NCBI GenBank assembly: GCA_013265495.1
Contig: MU057989.1
Location: 1-64,000 of the forward strand
DNA from: Vicugna vicugna
Taxonomy: Eukaryota
Direction: 5' to 3'
Length of the DNA stretch: 64,000 bases
The position numbers and the translations under genes are program-made. The notes beneath the pieces are model-generated. The model did no database searches. It was not told the origin of the DNA and worked only from the letters and a program-made list of their open reading frames with translations. Shown piece after piece: positions 54,596 through 64,000 of this stretch (position 1 is the stretch's first letter; every line of letters starts with the position of its first letter).

Positions 54596-57262
54596 TGCCC
54601 TGCTGTAGTGGAGGTGCCCTGGGAGGTAGGTGGCTGGCCACCAGGCCTGGCCGTCCCGTGTACTCTAAGAGGCTCAGGAGTCTGGGCACCTGGCATCATG
54701 CCTTCTGCCCAGAGGATCCAGAAGCCCCTCAGGTAGGCCTGGCCATAGCTTCTGCTATCCTTGTGTTTTCCGTCACTACCCAACCCATGCCCTAGAGAGT
54801 CTGGGGCTACGTCCTAGCCTTGGCCAGGCCCCTAGGCCCAGAACCCCTCTTTCCCCAGCTGCATCTGGAGACCAGTCTAGGCCCTTTGCAGTTCCCTGAC
54901 CACCCTCATGTGCCTGGGAGCTGGTGTCATATCCCCTCTCTGCCACCCTCTCATCCCCAGACCAAGGAACAGCCATGCTATAGACAGAGCTCAGTTTCTA
55001 GAAGAGCAGAAGGAACAAGAACCTGAACGAAAGCTGGAAATTCCAAAGCCTTACCTTGGAGCTGACAGGGGCCGCGGGGGAGGGGGAACAGGAGAGGCCG
55101 TCATCAAAGGCACGACCTGGCTGGACAAGACCACGTGCAGCTGCCCACCAACACAGGCCTCGGTGTCCTCTCCCACCCTTTCTCCCAGGGAAGAAAGTGG
55201 CTGTACCAGGTGGTGGCTGCCGACCAGGCCAGGCTGGGAGGCTGGGACTATGGATGGGCATTGAGGGGGCTCCAGGCTGCTGTCTCTCCCAGGCTGAGGG
55301 TGGGCATCTATCTGGGGTAGTAGAGCTTGGCTGCCCCTTGGCAGGCAGGGGGTTATCGGGCACCAGGGTACCCGGAACGGGGTGTGGCTGTGGCTGTGGG
55401 CATATCTGCTGCAGGACCCTGGTAGCCCCTGCTGGGTGATGCTGGCTGTCCTCCCATCCCTCCCTCAGCTTGGGGCCCGCTGAGAGACCTCCCTCAAGAC
55501 ACCTCCCAAGGCACTGAGACCAGAACAAGCCAGGAGCTGAGAGACAGGTTGCCTCATCCTTGAACCTACCATGATTAGAGGAATGGGTTCCCATTTAGAG
55601 CCCAGTGTTTCTGAAACATAACCTGGAAGCTAAGCAGGGGCGTCCTAGAAGCAGAGGGGCAGGGACTGCCCATGGAAAGGAATGAGAAGAAATCAGCTAC
55701 TTCTCGTCAAGCCCTCCCCAGACAGCATTCGGAGGCCTCTACTGCACCAGCTCACAGGATTTTCACTTGATACTCTGTGAGGTGGGCTTTCCCCATTGGT
55801 CAGATGAGAAAACTGAGGCCCAAAGTCACACAGCTGGTAGATGGGTAGACTGGGATTCGAACCCAGGTGGTCTAATTCTGGAGGCAGCTGGTAGTGGTAG
55901 AGAGGGAATTACCCCCCGCCCCCTTGTTCTCTCCATTTCTTCCCGCCTTAGCAGTGCGGCCTCCAGGCCCCCCTCCTATCGGCCCATTCGTGGTGTGGCA
56001 GCCTCATGGGGTCAGACAAGTCGCAGCTGTCCTCTGCCCAGCAGGCTCAGTGGCATGGCACCCTGTGCTGCTGCATCCTGCCTGTTAGCAAGGTCAGTGG
56101 TGGGGCTGGGAGGTGGGAGGAGTGTCCTGGGTCTGCATCAGTGGCATCCTGTCCCTGGCCTTAGGACAGCTGCCTGATCTGCCACAAGGGAGCCCCTGGG
56201 GCGGAAAGGGTAGTCCTTGAGGACACTGGGCTTCTATCCAAGCAGGCATTTTCTAACTGCTCACCTGCTCCAGTTGCTAGTGCTGCAACCAGATGGCCCA
56301 GCCTCTCCCAGGAGTACTGACAAGGCCTCAGTTTCCCCATCTATAATCTGAACTGGTAACACCTACCCCATCATGGCTGTAGGGAGAGTGGAGATGACTC
56401 AGTGCTGCCCACAGAGCATGTATGCTTCGCCAGGCACAGGTGGGCTTTCAGTTAATCTCCGAACGCCCATGAAGTGGTCTCATTTCCCATTTCATGAATG
56501 AAGAGACAAGCCTAGAGAGGCTAGGTAACTTGCCCTAAGACCCACAGCAGGTAAGAGGTGGAACCGGATTTGAATCTGGGTGACTGACTCCAGTTCCACA
56601 CTGAGTTATGTCACTTCCCTGATGGAAATGAAAGTAGTTGTAAAATACTACAAATGAGAGGTACACTAGTGACTAGTGGTCATTGATTATTACTCTTTAT
56701 TCTTCAGTGCTTTTAGTAGACCAGAGGAGAAGGCTCACAATGCTGAGACCCAATAGGCTAAGCCTGGAGGCCGGGGAGGGACTCCATCGTGAGCGTCGGG
56801 TGATTAAGGCAATGGGACAGAAAGGGCCCAGGAGGATTTCCTGTGCAGAGAAGCAGGAGCAGCTGACCAGCTGGCTCACCCACCATCTTGAGACTCCCAT
56901 TCTGTCTGTCAAGGTTCCCAGGAAGGAGAGCCTGCACCAAGCTAGACCACAGAGCCAAGTGCTGGGAGCTCAGCCCCTGCTCCTCCCTCAGACCTCTCCT
57001 GACCCCATTCGAGCTGCAGGAGGTGTCACTGTACTGAAAGACGTGGAGGCCTGCAGTCACCTCCTGCAATTGACCCAAGTGGAGAGCACCATGGGGTGCA
57101 CAGAGATCCCTTCTGAGGGGAAGGGCTGCCTTGAGCTCAGGGAGGGAAATCACAGGAGGGAAAGGGACTTCAGTGGACTCCTGAGGAGTCAAAGGCTGGC
57201 AGTCAAAAATAATGCCGATAGCTCTAGCTTAGGAAACATTTATTGAGTGCTAACTCTTAGTG

Positions 57263-57516
57263 GTGTTACCCAAAAACTGGGCTCACCTCTTGGTGGCTGT
57301 CGAACCAAAAGATACAACCAAGCCAAAGATCAGGTGAAGGAAGGATTTACTTGCAACAAGTTAAGAACACCAGGGATCTTTCCCAAAGCAATGTCTCTCC
57401 AAACAGCAAAACTGGGGAAGATTTAAACTAAGGGTACGTGCATATTCATGCAGGGGCACTGAGGCCAGGCTTAGATGACAAAATGGCATAGGCCAAAAAT
57501 GGCTTCTCTTCTGTCA
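57263..57516. mobile_element. ERV LTR-like fragment
   Basis: TG...CA-bounded block with LTR-like text ('tgttacccaaaaactgggctc...ggcttctcttctgtca'). Confidence 0.5.
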
Positions 57517-58249
57517 AGAAAGCCATGCCTGGTTCTCTTTCTCCAGGCGCCTCCTACCCTATCTGCTTACAGTGAGGCTCCACAAACTTTACAAACGGTT
57601 ATATTCCAGTCTTAAAGAGGAGGAAACTGAGCCTTGGTGAGGTTAACCACCCTGGGCTGCATAGTCAGCGCAGAGCATGGATTTGAATCCCAACAGGTCT
57701 GAGCACAGAGCGCACACGGTTAGCCACCAGCTTGATTAAGGGCTAAAGCGGCAGCATCTTCAGATTCTACCCACTCTGAAGAATTCTCAAATTGTGGCCC
57801 CAACAAGTAAAGAGCTGTTCGGAGTCCAGAGTCACCCGCTGGCTCATCTCTCGCCTGGTGCCACGCACAAGCCTTCTCTGGCACACACCAGCAATTACCC
57901 AGCTGACGCTCTCCCTCTCCCGGCCAGTAGTTGGGAGAAAAGCCTCCTTTCCTCACTCTGGTGTAACTGCAATTTGGGGCGACACAGGAGAGCGTCCAAC
58001 TACCAACATGGAAGGCCTAAGTTGTTAGTATGGATGCCCCTGTAGAGGGCAGCCAGGGCCAAGGACCAGGGCACGGAAGCTGGCGAGTGCCCAGGGCCCC
58101 AGGGGTCAGGGGGCTCTCCCTTCCTCCTCCTGGGAAACGCGAGCACCCACTCTAGTCACGCATGCTGCTTCTTCCAAGGATGTTGGCCAGGCCCACTCCC
58201 TAACCCCAACAGCCGCGCCACAAAGCCTCTCAACTGGATTAAATAATCC

Positions 58250-63095
<4,846 letters not shown>

Positions 63096-63127
63096 GTGGG
63101 CCGCCGCAGCGCCCCCACTTCTCCCCC

Positions 63128-63133
63128 AATAAA
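63128..63133 (+). terminator. ELOB polyadenylation signal AATAAA
   Basis: 32 nt after the stop codon. Confidence 0.85.
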
Positions 63134-63414
63134 AAGATTTGGGTGTCTGCCTGGTTGCTGCCTCTTTCTGCACACCCTCACTGGGGTGGGACCCACTACA
63201 GCCCACTCCTCAGGCTTACCAGGCTGGCCTTCTGGACAAGCTCTCTGGATCCAGCTATCCTATCCTTCAGGCCAGCCTTCAGAGTGGTCCCCTCCCAGCA
63301 TGCTGGTTATCAGCTAGAAAGCCAGCGTCAATTTGGGAGAGGGTTCTGCGGGAATCCATAGCCTAGAGCCACCCCAAGTGGCTCCTCCCTCAATAAACAG
63401 TCTGTAGACCCAGT

Positions 63415-64000
63415 TCCTGCATTTCTCATTTTTATTTGACAGAAAAAGTTGCTCTTGCTGTACAGATTTTAAAAAACCAAAATGCCTTTAAGAAACGTGA
63501 AGAAAAGTTGGGGGGAGGGGGCCACAACCTCACTGGGAGGCTAGGAAAGGCCAACTAATTTCAACTCCTGCCCCTTCCAGGAATACCTCACTCAGGTTCC
63601 CAAGACCCAAACCTTCATTTCCCCCCCAGAAACTTGGGGATAAAAGGGGGGCAGTGTTTCCCAGGCCCTTTCTAACTCAAGAGCTGGGAGTTCCAAGCTG
63701 TATTCTCCCCTCCCACAACTCCCATTCTCCTTCCCACCCACCCCAAACCCCCCAAAAAATGTGAACCAGGAAAAACTCACAGAGTAACATTTCNNNNNNN
63801 NNNNNNNNNNNNNNNNNNNNNNNNNNNNNNNATCAAAAGAAAAAAAAAAAAAAAAAAAAAAACAAAAAAAAGGAAGAGGGAGAGAAAGAAGGGAGTCCTC
63901 CTCACAAGATGCTGCCAGGGTTCAGGGAGGGGGTGGGCAGACAAGGACCCCTCCCACGGCTCTGCTGGGGAGAAAGGGGGCACTCCCTGTGGCTCCAGAA
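63415..64000 (-). other. SRRM2: 3' UTR of SRRM2 (AATAAA at 63432-63437 on the minus strand)
   Basis: Reverse complement matches the recalled SRRM2 3' end (…taaaatctgtacagcaagagcaactttttctgtcaaataaaaatgagaaatgc). Synteny with ELOB. Confidence 0.8.
63794..63831. other. Assembly gap (38 N) next to a poly-A tract
   Basis: Directly visible. Confidence 1.

Overview
Mammalian genomic DNA, very probably a camelid, judged from several tRNA-derived Vic-1-type SINEs. It matches the tryptase/testisin serine-protease cluster region (human 16p13.3-equivalent). Gene order from left to right: PRSS30-like pseudogene (+), ZG16B (-, intact, 166 aa), PRSS21/testisin (-, intact, 314 aa), PRSS32-like pseudogene (-), PRSS41 (+, intact, 309 aa), PRSS33 (+, intact, 278 aa), ELOB (+, 118 aa) and the SRRM2 3' UTR (-). 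L1, L2, MIR, MaLR/ERV LTR and hAT fragments are interspersed. The most striking structure is that the head-to-head paralogues PRSS21 and PRSS41 share an apparently identical 1,721-bp inverted repeat covering promoter to intron 3. They also share a second, ~0.9-kb near-identical inverted repeat at their 3' ends, while exons 4-5 remain diverged. This suggests ongoing gene conversion or an invertible cassette, although assembly collapse is possible. ELOB has a 48-nt, in-frame first intron. Gene and repeat names come from my recall of the families, not from database searches.
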